DNA of 58,872 bases. Source: a bacterium (GTDB lineage: Bacteria > Patescibacteriota > Minisyncoccia > Phycocordibacterales > Phycocordibacteraceae). The number at the start of each line of letters is the position of its first letter. Within the stretch, counting starts at the first letter, position 1. The stretch is from positions 1-58,872 of the forward strand of contig JAJZPB010000004.1 of the NCBI GenBank assembly GCA_021811365.1, written 5' to 3'. The notes under the pieces are model-generated. The model was not told the origin of the DNA. It saw only the letters and a program-made list of their open reading frames with translations, and searched no databases. Position numbers and translations under genes: made by a program. Positions 1-9,421 of the stretch are shown piece by piece.

Positions 1-31
1 CCTAGGGCGCCGCGCGCGTATGTTATTGCTT

Positions 32-205
32 TCAGAATTCCCCTGCCGCCTTCGCAAGTTTGAAGGCTCCCCAAATACCAGCGATGCCGCCTATCGTGCT
101 CCAGATTAGATAGGCAAACATGTTTCCGTTCCAGAGGTACGGCAGCGAACCACCCACGGTAGAACCAATGACCATTCCCCACCACACCATGCGTTTGCCG
201 CTCAT
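32..205 (-). CDS. small membrane protein (57 aa, two Gly-rich hydrophobic helices)
   Basis: Read by hand, below the ORF-track cutoff: ATG at 205 to TGA at 32, MSGKRMVWWGMVIGSTVGGSLPYLWNGNMFAYLIWSTIGGIAGIWGAFKLAKAAGEF; extended -10 (TGcTAGAAT) 10 nt upstream. Confidence 0.7.
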   Translation of the reverse strand: MSGKRMVWWGMVIGSTVGGSLPYLWNGNMFAYLIWSTIGGIAGIWGAFKLAKAAGEF

Positions 206-228
206 GTTGCGTATAATTCTAGCATTAC

Positions 229-270
229 AAAAACAGCAGGGCCCGCTTCGCGGGCCCTGCTGTTTTTTTT
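229..270. terminator. intrinsic terminator downstream of groEL (bidirectional type)
   Basis: AAAAACAGCAGGGCCCGC-TTC-GCGGGCCCTGCTGTTTTT perfect inverted repeat with A and T tails. Confidence 0.85.
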
Positions 271-279
271 GGTAGCGAA

Positions 280-1914
280 CTAAAAATCCATTCCGCCACC
301 CATGCCACCCGGAGCCGCCTCCTTCTTCGGTTCGGGAATATCGGTAATCGCCGCCTCGGTGGTGAGTAGAATTGCTGCCGCCGAAACCGCGTTTTCGAGC
401 GCCATGCGTGGCATCTTAGCCGGGTCGACAATGCCGGCGCTGAGCATGTCATCGACCAGCTTGTCGGCCATTGCGTCGTAGCCGGAATTAGGCTTCCCCG
501 CCTGCACGCTCGAAACGATTTCTGCAGCATCGTCTTTGCCAGCATTCATCGCAATCTGCGCAAGCGGCATCTCAAGCGCGCGCACGACGATGTCATACCC
601 CGACTTCTCGTCGGCAGTCATCTTTTTAGCTGGGTTCGCAATCTTTTTTGCAACCTTCGCGAGCGCAGTGCCGCCGCCGGGAACGATACCCTCCTCAATC
701 GACGCCTTCGTAGCTTTCACTGCGTCGTCAATCTTATCCTTGAGGTACTTCATTTCGGTTTCCGTCGCTGCGCCGACCGAGATAACCGCGACGCCGCCGG
801 AAAGTTTCGCAGCTCGTTCTTCGAGTTTCTCACGGTCGTACTTGGACTCGGTCAACTCCGCCTGAGCCTTGAGCTGCTGCACCCGCGCAGCCACGTCGGC
901 TTTCTTACCCTTGCCGCCGACCACCGTCGTCGAGTCCTTGGTGGCCACTACGCGGGAGGCCTTGCCGAGCATTGAGAGCGTTACGTTCTCGAAGGTGATA
1001 CCGAGATCGCTTGAGACGAGCTGGCCGCCAGTGAGCGTCGCGATGTCTGAAAGCATTTCCTTCTTGCGGTCGCCGTAGCCCGGCGCTTTCACCGCGAGCA
1101 CGCTAAACGCCCCGCGCAGTTTATTAAGTACGAAGGTCGGCAGCGCGTCCCCATCGACGTCGTCGGCAATGATAACCAGCTCCTTCTTGCCGCTCTGAGC
1201 GACCTTTTCGAGGAGCGGCAGAATCTCCTGCACGCTCGAGACTTTCTTGTCAGTGATGAGGATTGACGCATCGCGCATCTCGGCCTCCATCCGCTCCGGG
1301 TTCGTGACCATATACGCGCTCACATACCCCTTGTCGAACTGCATACCCTCGACAATCTCATACGAAAGCTCCATGCCCTGCGACTCTTCGACTGTGACGA
1401 CGCCGCTGCTACCCACTTTCTCGACCGCTTCAGCAATAATGCTGCCTAGCTCGTCGGACTCCGCAGAAATAGACGCTACCTGGCGCACCTCCGCCTTACC
1501 GGAAACCGGCCGTGCGATCTTCTTGAGTTCGGCAATGGCGTTTTCTTTGGCAAGCTCCATGCCCGCGCGTATTCCCATCGCGCCAGCACCCTTCATAACG
1601 CGGGAAAGACCCTCGTTGACGAGCGCTTCAAAGAGAACGACCGTGGTCGTGGTACCGTCCCCGGCAGTGTCGTTGGTCTTACTCGCTACCTCCTTCACAA
1701 TTTCAGCCCCGAGGTTTTCGAATTTGTCCGGGAGGGAGATTTCTTTCGCGATTGAAACGCCGTCGTTAGTAATGCGCGGACCGCCGTACGAGCGTTCAAT
1801 GATTACGTTACGCCCTTTGGGACCGAGGGTCACTTTCACCGCGCGCGACGCCTGTGCGACGCCTCTGGCGACCGCGCTGCGCGCGTCTTCAGAAAAAAGA
1901 ATTTGCTTTGCCAT
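280..1914 (-). CDS. groL: chaperonin GroEL
   Basis: 544 aa; TLGPKGRNV, AGDGTTT, GMQFDKGY, GIVPGGG motifs and GGM tail. Confidence 0.99.
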   Translation of the reverse strand: MAKQILFSEDARSAVARGVAQASRAVKVTLGPKGRNVIIERSYGGPRITNDGVSIAKEISLPDKFENLGAEIVKEVASKTNDTAGDGTTTTVVLFEALVNEGLSRVMKGAGAMGIRAGMELAKENAIAELKKIARPVSGKAEVRQVASISAESDELGSIIAEAVEKVGSSGVVTVEESQGMELSYEIVEGMQFDKGYVSAYMVTNPERMEAEMRDASILITDKKVSSVQEILPLLEKVAQSGKKELVIIADDVDGDALPTFVLNKLRGAFSVLAVKAPGYGDRKKEMLSDIATLTGGQLVSSDLGITFENVTLSMLGKASRVVATKDSTTVVGGKGKKADVAARVQQLKAQAELTESKYDREKLEERAAKLSGGVAVISVGAATETEMKYLKDKIDDAVKATKASIEEGIVPGGGTALAKVAKKIANPAKKMTADEKSGYDIVVRALEMPLAQIAMNAGKDDAAEIVSSVQAGKPNSGYDAMADKLVDDMLSAGIVDPAKMPRMALENAVSAAAILLTTEAAITDIPEPKKEAAPGGMGGGMDF

Positions 1915-1920
1915 GATGTG

Positions 1921-2229
1921 TTAGCGCTTAATGAGGCTTATATCGGACTGATTCAATACGAAATATTCTTCTCCGTCTATCTTCAGAGGCTCGTCCCACG
2001 GTTTCTTGAAGAGCACCACCTCGCCCTCGGCGACTTCCATGGGGATGCGGCTGCCCGCTTCGCTCATGCGGCCGGGACCAACCGCCACCACCTCGCCCGT
2101 GAGGAGCTTCTCCTTGTCGACTGACTCGGGAATGATGATTCCCGATGCAAGCTTCTTCTCGCCAGCTTTTTCGGTCGGCTTGACCAGCACGCGCTCGCCA
2201 AGCGGCATATACGACAGTTTTTTCGCCAT
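1921..2229 (-). CDS. groS: co-chaperonin GroES
   Basis: PLGERVLVK, SGIIIP, GEVVAVGPG motifs; directly upstream of groL; start set at MAKKLSY; upstream TTGCGG-17-TATACT promoter. Confidence 0.97.
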   Translation of the reverse strand: MAKKLSYMPLGERVLVKPTEKAGEKKLASGIIIPESVDKEKLLTGEVVAVGPGRMSEAGSRIPMEVAEGEVVLFKKPWDEPLKIDGEEYFVLNQSDISLIKR

Positions 2230-2394
2230 AAAAGTATGAACGTTATTTAAATGAATAATGCGCCCGTGTGAAATGAGTATAGAGAACACGCAACCTTACC
2301 GCAACACTTGACAGCTCGCCCGCTAACCAGTAGAGGTCATGTCAGACTCTGTTCCCAGCAGCAGGATGTGCTGCGCGAGTAACTGCATGAGGAT

Positions 2395-2811
2395 ATGTGC
2401 GTCATGTATCACTTTTGGGTTTACCTCGCGTTCGGTCTAGGCGTGTTCATGGGGTTAGGCATATTTGTTCATAAGGAGCCCGGGGAACGAGCGTTCGCAG
2501 CCCTCATCGCACTTGCCCTGTTTGGCTTCGCGACCTTCTACTTGGCGCCAGCGATACTCGGATATGGGTATGTTACTTCCTGGACTGAGAGCTTCGACGG
2601 GCGCCTCGACAATGGGACGACGTATCAGACGATTGCATCGACCCAAAGCGGCTCCAGCTACGTCCTACTGGTGAAAAAGTTTGGCACGTCGGACTTCATC
2701 GCGATTCGCGTAAAGACCGTACCGCCACCGCTCTTCGCGCTGGTGAGTGGCAAGCCAGTCGGCATCCCCACCACAAGCACGGCGGCTACCTCGCCTCCAA
2801 TGAGCAAGTAG
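2395..2811 (+). CDS. hypothetical membrane protein (2 N-terminal TM helices plus a small soluble domain)
   Basis: 138 aa ORF filling the gap, hydrophobic N-half; TTGACA upstream and terminator hairpin downstream. Confidence 0.6.
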   Translation: MCVMYHFWVYLAFGLGVFMGLGIFVHKEPGERAFAALIALALFGFATFYLAPAILGYGYVTSWTESFDGRLDNGTTYQTIASTQSGSSYVLLVKKFGTSDFIAIRVKTVPPPLFALVSGKPVGIPTTSTAATSPPMSK

Positions 2812-2828
2812 AGCGACCACGATCCCAA

Positions 2829-2865
2829 AGCGCCACGAGAACACTCCTCGTGGCGCTGCTCTTTT
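2829..2865 (+). terminator. intrinsic terminator
   Basis: AGCGCCACGAG...CTCGTGGCGCT followed by CTTTT. Confidence 0.6.
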
Positions 2866-2948
2866 ACACGTGTATACGCGTGCTTGCGTGGCCGCTCCAT
2901 TAGGCACTTGCCTACCGCTCCCCGGCTATGCTATCCTTCTGGACACAG

Positions 2949-3188
2949 ATGGAGGCACTCGTATCGGCATTGCCCTACGCGGAAATCGTCCTCTCAATCC
3001 TCCTCATCGTCGGTATCGTGCTCCAGCAGCGCGGCGCGACCCTAGGCGGAGCTTTTGGAGGCGATAATTTCGCGTCAACATTCTACAAGCGCCGTGGCGC
3101 CGAGAAGTTTTTGTTCAATGCGACGATTGGCATCGCCGTACTGCTCGTGCTTGCGGCGGTAGCCAACTTCCTTCTGTTGGGGTCATGA
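2949..3188 (+). CDS. secG: preprotein translocase subunit SecG
   Basis: Two TM helices around LQQRGATLGGAFGG...RRGAEKFL, the SecG signature. Confidence 0.93.
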   Translation: MEALVSALPYAEIVLSILLIVGIVLQQRGATLGGAFGGDNFASTFYKRRGAEKFLFNATIGIAVLLVLAAVANFLLLGS

Positions 3189-4924
3189 CGCGCGCCGGCG
3201 GCGTTACTAGGCGCCTTGCGGCTTTTTCCGACCTTCTCGTTCGACCCCATTCCTGGCAGCCGCTTGAGGCTCTGTATGCGCGCGTACGCGCACTTCCTCC
3301 AAGCGACCAGCTCGTCATGGGGCTACTAGCGGTATGCGCAGTCACTGCGGCGATTGCGAGTCTCTTTGCTCTTGAGCAGTCGATTCTCGTGACTGTTCCC
3401 GCCTATGGCGGGACGCTCGTCGAAGGTGATGTCGGAAATCCACGCTTCGTGAACCCGCTTCTAGCAATTAGTGACGCCGACAACGACCTGACGGCGCTCA
3501 CCTATGCTGGACTGATGGGACTTTCAGGGAATGGCACTCTCGTCCCAGTACTTGCCCAGAGCTATACCGTTTCGCCAGACGGCAAGACGTATACCTTTAC
3601 CCTGCGGCCGAATGCCCAGTTCAGTAACGGCACTCCGGTAACCGCTGCAGATATCGTGTACACGGTACAAAAAGCACAAGATCCTGCCTTGAAAAGCCCC
3701 GTATACGCCGACTGGGCGGGAATCGACGTAACAGCGATCGATTCACACACGGTACGCTTCGTTCTTCCGCGGCCCTACGCGCCATTCCTTGAGCTCACGA
3801 CGCTTGGCATTTTACCGGCACAAGACTGGAAAAGTATCTCCGATGAGAATTTTCCCTTCTCTCAGCTTGAGACGCGGCCCGTGGGCGCTGGTCCGTTCAA
3901 GATAACGAGCGTTTCCCGCGATTCGTCGGGCCTCATTACGAGCGTAGCGCTCGCGGCAAATCCGCACTACGCACTCGGCCGGCCCTATCTTAACGGCATA
4001 CGGCTGACGTTTTACTCACGGACTGAAGACCTTGCCTCGGCTCTAAGCAACGGCGCCGTGCAAAGTGCATACGGAATATCGACACCGCATGCACTGCTTG
4101 CTCCGTACTCGCGCGTCTTTGGTGTCTTTTGGAATCCGAGCGAAAACCAGGTCTATGCGCGCGCAGAGGTACGCAAAGCGCTTTCGCTCGCAATCAACCG
4201 CACCGCACTCGTCAAAAACGCGCTCGGCGGATACGCAACTGCGATTATGGGGCCGGTGCCGCCGGGCAGCGGTATCACCGAAGTGCCGATTCCTGCCGAA
4301 TCCAATTACACCGCCGCGGCGGCAAACGTCCTTGAAGCGGGCGGCTGGACCTACGATGGCAGTGCCCGAGAGTGGAAAAATGCCAAAACGAAACAAACTC
4401 TCGGCAACATTACCTTGCGCACAAGCAACGCGCCGGAGCTTAAGAACGTCGCGCTCGCGGTGCAGCACGATTGGCAGCAGCTCGGCATTACGGTATCCGT
4501 AGAACTCTACGAACCCGGCGACCTCTCGCAAAACGTTATCCAGCCGCGCAAGTACGACGCACTGCTCTACGGCGAGGTTATAGGCCGGAGCCAGGACCTG
4601 TATGCGTTCTGGGATTCGCAGGAGCAAAATGACCCTGGCCTCAATATCGCGCTCTATGCAAACAAAACCGTCGACGCGCTTCTCGAAGACGCGCGCACGA
4701 ACCCGGACCCGAACGCACGACTGAATGATCTGCAAAAGATCGAAACAACCATAGCCTCCGACTACCCGGCCGCCTTCCTCTACGCACCCGACTTCGTATA
4801 CTCAGTGCCCAGCTCGCTGCATGGCGTGGAGCTCCCGCAAATCGCTTCACCCGCCGACCGGTTTGCGACCGTCTCGAAGTGGTACCAAGAGACGGTACGC
4901 GTGTGGCCCTTCTTTGCTCGCTAG
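3185..4924 (+). CDS. ABC transporter peptide/nickel substrate-binding protein (family 5), membrane-anchored
   Basis: GGTLVEG, LAQSYTVSPDGKTYTFTLR, FSNGTPVTAADIVYT, PVGAGPF, VRKALSLAINR; ATGA overlap with secG. Confidence 0.9.
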   Translation: MTRAGGVTRRLAAFSDLLVRPHSWQPLEALYARVRALPPSDQLVMGLLAVCAVTAAIASLFALEQSILVTVPAYGGTLVEGDVGNPRFVNPLLAISDADNDLTALTYAGLMGLSGNGTLVPVLAQSYTVSPDGKTYTFTLRPNAQFSNGTPVTAADIVYTVQKAQDPALKSPVYADWAGIDVTAIDSHTVRFVLPRPYAPFLELTTLGILPAQDWKSISDENFPFSQLETRPVGAGPFKITSVSRDSSGLITSVALAANPHYALGRPYLNGIRLTFYSRTEDLASALSNGAVQSAYGISTPHALLAPYSRVFGVFWNPSENQVYARAEVRKALSLAINRTALVKNALGGYATAIMGPVPPGSGITEVPIPAESNYTAAAANVLEAGGWTYDGSAREWKNAKTKQTLGNITLRTSNAPELKNVALAVQHDWQQLGITVSVELYEPGDLSQNVIQPRKYDALLYGEVIGRSQDLYAFWDSQEQNDPGLNIALYANKTVDALLEDARTNPDPNARLNDLQKIETTIASDYPAAFLYAPDFVYSVPSSLHGVELPQIASPADRFATVSKWYQETVRVWPFFAR

Positions 4925-5001
4925 TTCTGTTTTCTATTTACGTACGGGTTTGAATGTTAGTTACGTATTGCAAGCCCCTTATCCAATTACTGATTTGATT
5001 T

Positions 5002-6936
5002 ATGAACTCATCACCAGCTCCTGCCCCCGCGCCCGCTCCGGCTCCCGCGCGGAACACTCCGCAAGAAAAACCGGACGCGCCGCAAACACGCACGGAGCGC
5101 ACCGACACCGAGAAGCCCCAGCCGCGGCGGGGGGGCGTCCGGAGCGCGCGCGGCGGACCGCGCAGCAACGTCCGTCGCATGCAGCGCATGCGACGCGGCG
5201 CTCCTCCCACGCCCGCGAAACCGCGCGGCGCCGACTACTACCCCGATCCGGTAGGCGCGGACTCCGTGCGCATCATCCCGCTGGGCGGCGCCGAAGAGGT
5301 CGGCCGCAACATGTTCGCGGTCGAAGTAGGCGCAACGGGCGACATTATCGTACTTGACGCAGGATTCCAGTTTGTAAGCGAGGACGGGAGCGGTCCGGGT
5401 GTCGACTACATTCTTCCTAATACCCGCTACCTCGAGCACAACCAGGCCCGCGTCCGTGGCGTAATCATTACCCACGGCCACCTTGACCACATCGGTGGCA
5501 TTCCCTTCCTTCTGCCGCGTTTCGGCACTCCGCCGATCTACACCCAGCGCCTCACCTCGGTGATGATCCAGCGCCGCCAAGAAGAGTTTCCAGACGTTCC
5601 TAAACCCGAAATGATCGAGGTGGAAGTCGGCCAGACGGTTACGATTGGTTCCACCAAAGTAAAATTCTTCCCGGTTACGCACTCAATCCCCGACTCGATG
5701 GGCGTTTCGATTATGACGCCGCAGGGCAACGTCGTCGTTACTGGCGACCTGAAGCTCGAGCACGACGGCACGACGCCCAGTCCACGCGAACAGAAGACCT
5801 GGGGCGACATTGGCAAAGACCACAATATCTTCTTCATTGCCGACTCGACCAACGCCGAGCGCGATGGCTTCTCGATTCCCGAGCAGCGTGTTAACGACAC
5901 GCTTGAGAACATCGTAAAAACCGTAAATGGCCGCCTGATTATCGGCACGTTCGCTTCGCAATTCGAGCGCATGGTGCGTATCATTCAGGCTGCCGAGAAG
6001 CTCGGAAAGAAGGTGGTCACGGAAGGTCGTTCAATCAAGAACAACCTCGAGATTGCCCAGCTAACCGGCCTTTTGAAGATTGAGAAAGGCACGATTATTC
6101 CCGCACAGGACATCGGCGACTACCCGCCGGACAAGATTCTTATCCTGACGACCGGCGCCCAAGGAGAAGAATTTGCCGCGCTCATGCGCATCGCGACTAA
6201 CCAGCACAAATTCATCACGCTCAACAGCCGCGACACGATTGTGCTTTCCTCCTCGGTCATCCCGGGAAACGAGAACTCCGTCCAGAAGCTTAAGGACAAC
6301 CTGTACCGCCACGACGTGACGCTCATTCACTACCGCTCGAGCGACGTCCACTCGACCGGCCACGGCAACGCAGGCGAACTTGTGTGGATTAACCAGCAGG
6401 TGGGGGCGAAGTTCTTCATGCCCTACTATGGCTACCACTCGATGCTCCGCTGCCATGCGCGCGCCGTCGAGCAGGCAGGCCGCCCCAAAGACACGATTGT
6501 CATTCCGGATAACGGCCTTGTCATCGACGTAGAAAATGGCGAACGGCTCAACGTACACAAGCAGAAAGTGCCGTCGTCGCCCATGATCGTGGACGGCTTT
6601 ACGATTGGCGACATTCAAGAAGTGGTTATCCGCGATCGCCAGGCGCTTTCTAAGGACGGCATGTTTGTCATCGTTGCGAGCGTAAACATGAAGACCGGCA
6701 AGCTGCGCAAATCGCCAGACATCATGAGCCGAGGCTTCGTCTATCTGCGCGAGTCGCAGGGGCTTCTGAACGAAGCACGCTTGCTTATCAAAAAGACTGT
6801 CGAGGACTCGACGCGCGGCATGAACCCGATTGACCTCGACTACGTCAAAAACAACTTGGCCGACACGGTCGCTGGATTCCTCTTCGCGCGTACGAACAAG
6901 GCTCCGCTCGTGCTCCCCATGGTGATTGGAATGTAG
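5002..6936 (+). CDS. rnj: ribonuclease J
   Basis: IIPLGGAEEVGRNM, THGHLDHIGG, HSIPD, TGDLK, HSTGH, PDIMSRGFVY; long low-complexity N-terminus. Confidence 0.97.
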   Translation: MNSSPAPAPAPAPAPARNTPQEKPDAPQTRTERTDTEKPQPRRGGVRSARGGPRSNVRRMQRMRRGAPPTPAKPRGADYYPDPVGADSVRIIPLGGAEEVGRNMFAVEVGATGDIIVLDAGFQFVSEDGSGPGVDYILPNTRYLEHNQARVRGVIITHGHLDHIGGIPFLLPRFGTPPIYTQRLTSVMIQRRQEEFPDVPKPEMIEVEVGQTVTIGSTKVKFFPVTHSIPDSMGVSIMTPQGNVVVTGDLKLEHDGTTPSPREQKTWGDIGKDHNIFFIADSTNAERDGFSIPEQRVNDTLENIVKTVNGRLIIGTFASQFERMVRIIQAAEKLGKKVVTEGRSIKNNLEIAQLTGLLKIEKGTIIPAQDIGDYPPDKILILTTGAQGEEFAALMRIATNQHKFITLNSRDTIVLSSSVIPGNENSVQKLKDNLYRHDVTLIHYRSSDVHSTGHGNAGELVWINQQVGAKFFMPYYGYHSMLRCHARAVEQAGRPKDTIVIPDNGLVIDVENGERLNVHKQKVPSSPMIVDGFTIGDIQEVVIRDRQALSKDGMFVIVASVNMKTGKLRKSPDIMSRGFVYLRESQGLLNEARLLIKKTVEDSTRGMNPIDLDYVKNNLADTVAGFLFARTNKAPLVLPMVIGM

Positions 6937-6953
6937 TCTCCCTGTGTTGCCGC

Positions 6954-6984
6954 AAAAAAAGACCGCGCTCTGCGCGGTCTTTTT
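6954..6984. terminator. bidirectional intrinsic terminator
   Basis: AAAAAGACCGCGC-TCT-GCGCGGTCTTTTT between convergent genes. Confidence 0.85.
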
Positions 6985-7013
6985 GTAGGGTCTCCTGCCC
7001 CCACGCTCACGAT

Positions 7014-7241
7014 TCAGGATTCAGGATATGCGATCTCAGCCCCTGCCGCCTGGATGTGCTTTACCCACTCGTCCCGTGCGCCTTCAACGCCATCGGAGAC
7101 GGACGGGCATTCCCACCCGCAGCTGCAAAAGCTGTGGTAAATCGTGCCGTTTGACTCTACTACAGTGACAAAGTGGTTGATTTCTCTGCCCGCAGCTTCT
7201 TCCGCCGCACGGCGTCCGTGTTGTAGTGATACCGTACCCAT
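7014..7241 (-). CDS. small hypothetical protein, possible Zn-binding (HSFCSCGW...WVKH)
   Basis: 75 aa from ATG at 7241, preceded by SD-like GGAGGA. Confidence 0.5.
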   Translation of the reverse strand: MGTVSLQHGRRAAEEAAGREINHFVTVVESNGTIYHSFCSCGWECPSVSDGVEGARDEWVKHIQAAGAEIAYPES

Positions 7242-7296
7242 CGAGTCCTCCCTTCCAACCCAGCAAAACCATAGCACTAAACGCTGTTCTCGTGAA

Positions 7297-8097
7297 TTAC
7301 CGCGCCAACGCATAGCCCCGCTGCGTTTTTTGCACCAGGCTCTCGGTAACCAACTCCCTAAGCGCTTGCGCGAGCTGGTCGCGCCGGTCGTCGCCCAGAA
7401 GACTCAGTAAACGCCGTTCACTCTGTGCGCACTTTGCAAGCTCTTTAAGAATAGCGCCACGCGCTTGTCGGCTGCTGCCCGCAAACTTCGACTGCTTCGA
7501 GTAGTGCGCACTCCGGGCATTAATCCGTACCCCTGAGCGCTTTAGGAAGGAACCGTAGTCCATGAGCGCGTAGTACCATTCGCGCGCCGACCCCTTTGGC
7601 GCAGTTTTCCGTAGCACTTCTCCGACTTCCTTGTCGCTCACTTTCGTCTCGCCCGGAAAGAAGTGGTGCGTAATAGCCGTCCGAATGTTCGTCTCAAGCA
7701 CGAGACCGTGCTCGTCCCATGCAAAGGCGGCGACTGCAGCGGCTGTATACGGCCCGACACCGGGCAACTTTTCTAGCTCAGCTGCGCTCCTTGGCATACC
7801 GCTTTCTGCAATGCCTTTCGCAGCCTCGTGGAGCATTTTCGCGCGGCGATTGTACCCGAGCCCCTGCCACATTTTGAGCACCTCAGAAAGCGGCGCCTCC
7901 GCGAGCCGGCGAGCAGTCGGGAACTTTTTCACAAACTCCCGGTAGTACGGGGCCACACGTTCCACCTGGGTCTGCTGCAGCATCACCTCGCTCACTAAAA
8001 TTTTGTACGGGTCGCGCGTCTTTCTCCATGGCAGCTCGTGCCGCCCGAGTTTTTTATAGTGCGCCCACACGAGACGCCTGAAAACCGCGGGCGTCAT
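7297..8097 (-). CDS. mutY: A/G-specific adenine glycosylase (short form, lacks Fe-S cysteines)
   Basis: LPWR, PYKILVSEVMLQQTQV, WQGLGYNRRA, HhH LPGVGPYTA; start MTPAVF overlaps the upstream stop (ATGA). Confidence 0.92.
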   Translation of the reverse strand: MTPAVFRRLVWAHYKKLGRHELPWRKTRDPYKILVSEVMLQQTQVERVAPYYREFVKKFPTARRLAEAPLSEVLKMWQGLGYNRRAKMLHEAAKGIAESGMPRSAAELEKLPGVGPYTAAAVAAFAWDEHGLVLETNIRTAITHHFFPGETKVSDKEVGEVLRKTAPKGSAREWYYALMDYGSFLKRSGVRINARSAHYSKQSKFAGSSRQARGAILKELAKCAQSERRLLSLLGDDRRDQLAQALRELVTESLVQKTQRGYALAR

Positions 8098-8519
8098 CTG
8101 AGTTCGCGAAGCACACTTCGCAACTCTTTTTCTGTGCGCGCAACGCGCGACAAGCTCTCGTCGAGAATGAGATTCATTCCGTATGGATCGAGCGTACGAG
8201 TATCGGTAGCGTAGCCAATGCAAGGCTTCCCGAGCGCGTAGGCCATACCAAGCTCGAAGCACATACCCTCATCGGGCACACGGCCATCAAGCAGGCATAG
8301 AAACGCGTCGCACCGGCGAATCTCCTTTGTGTCGAGCTCGAAAATTTGTTTGCGTACTACGACCGCATCCTTACCTTGCGCGATTTCATCCACTGCAAGT
8401 TTCCCATCCTCCTGCGGAAGAAACGCCGTATGCCCTTCGCCCTCAACGATCTTCGTTATGTCACGATTTCGGGCCCGCTCCATATCGTTAAAGAGCGGTC
8501 CGGCGATGTAGATTCGCAT
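8094..8519 (-). CDS. nucleoside 2-deoxyribosyltransferase / nucleotide N-hydrolase family protein
   Basis: IYIAGPLF, FLPQE, D-x-G-x-x-FELGMAYA family motifs. Confidence 0.88.
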   Translation of the reverse strand: MRIYIAGPLFNDMERARNRDITKIVEGEGHTAFLPQEDGKLAVDEIAQGKDAVVVRKQIFELDTKEIRRCDAFLCLLDGRVPDEGMCFELGMAYALGKPCIGYATDTRTLDPYGMNLILDESLSRVARTEKELRSVLRELR

Positions 8520-8721
8520 AACTAAAATACTACGTTAGCAAGAAGTGAAACATTTGCTAAAAAAACGGTCGGCGGGAGCGAAGGACAAGTTTTGAACCTG
8601 TGAGACAGCGAACGCGGGTGTGCAGTGAGAAAAGCCTCTGCGCAGGGCGGCGGCCCGAGCAGGAGGAAATTTTTCAGTAGAAAAATATTCCGCGGTTTTC
8701 GAGATCCACACGCGCGTTTGT

Positions 8722-9411
8722 TCATAACTCGTAAATGACGTCTTTGCGTTCGACCACCACCTTCCAGCCGCGCCGCTTCGCGTGCGCGTACAGCGCCTGG
8801 TTCGGATTAAACGCAATCGGCTGCTCGACCGTCTCAAGCATCGGAATATCGCTCTCGGTGTCGCCCACCGCCATCGAGCCTACTAGCGTTAGCTCCTCCT
8901 TACGCACCGCGCGCTGGAGCACGGCCGCTTTATTGAAAATGAGGTCTCGGTCCTCTACCTCGCCCGTGAACTTCCCAGACGGGCCGGTCGCGTAGAACGT
9001 CCCGTACACCTTGTCGAAGCCGTGTTCGTAGCCAAAGCCGTCGACAATAAACTTCGGCGAGTGCGAAATGCCAAGAATAAAGTACCCTTCCTGTTTGAGC
9101 GCCTTGATGCGATCACGGGTAAAGCGGTACACCCGGTCGCGCTTCTCTTCGATAATCTCGCCCGCAAGGTTGGCCACCTCTTCGTACGGCAGACCCTTAA
9201 TCTGCGCTCCGAAAGCGGCGACAACCTTTTCGATATACGACTCGTACCCGCCCTTCCGGTCGAGCCACTGCTCCTGCTCGCGCTCGTACATTTCCCGTGC
9301 CGCCCTCGGAAATAACTCTGCCTCGATAAGCCGCTCGACAAGTTCAACAAGGAGCGACGAGCGGAACACGGTCCCGTCTATGTCGAAAGCCGCAACGACC
9401 CGCTTCTCCAT
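8722..9411 (-). CDS. HAD-IB family phosphatase (SerB-like)
   Basis: AAFDIDGT motif I, ISHS motif II, K motif III, GDTESDIPML motif IV. Confidence 0.92.
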   Translation of the reverse strand: MEKRVVAAFDIDGTVFRSSLLVELVERLIEAELFPRAAREMYEREQEQWLDRKGGYESYIEKVVAAFGAQIKGLPYEEVANLAGEIIEEKRDRVYRFTRDRIKALKQEGYFILGISHSPKFIVDGFGYEHGFDKVYGTFYATGPSGKFTGEVEDRDLIFNKAAVLQRAVRKEELTLVGSMAVGDTESDIPMLETVEQPIAFNPNQALYAHAKRRGWKVVVERKDVIYEL

Positions 9412-9421
9412 GGCCTCTATC

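Noticed and set aside
8535-8560. TTAGCA...TGCTAA as a CIRCE element
   Set aside because: 26 bp rather than 27, inner CTC/GAG missing, and not upstream of a chaperone gene; groES has no CIRCE either
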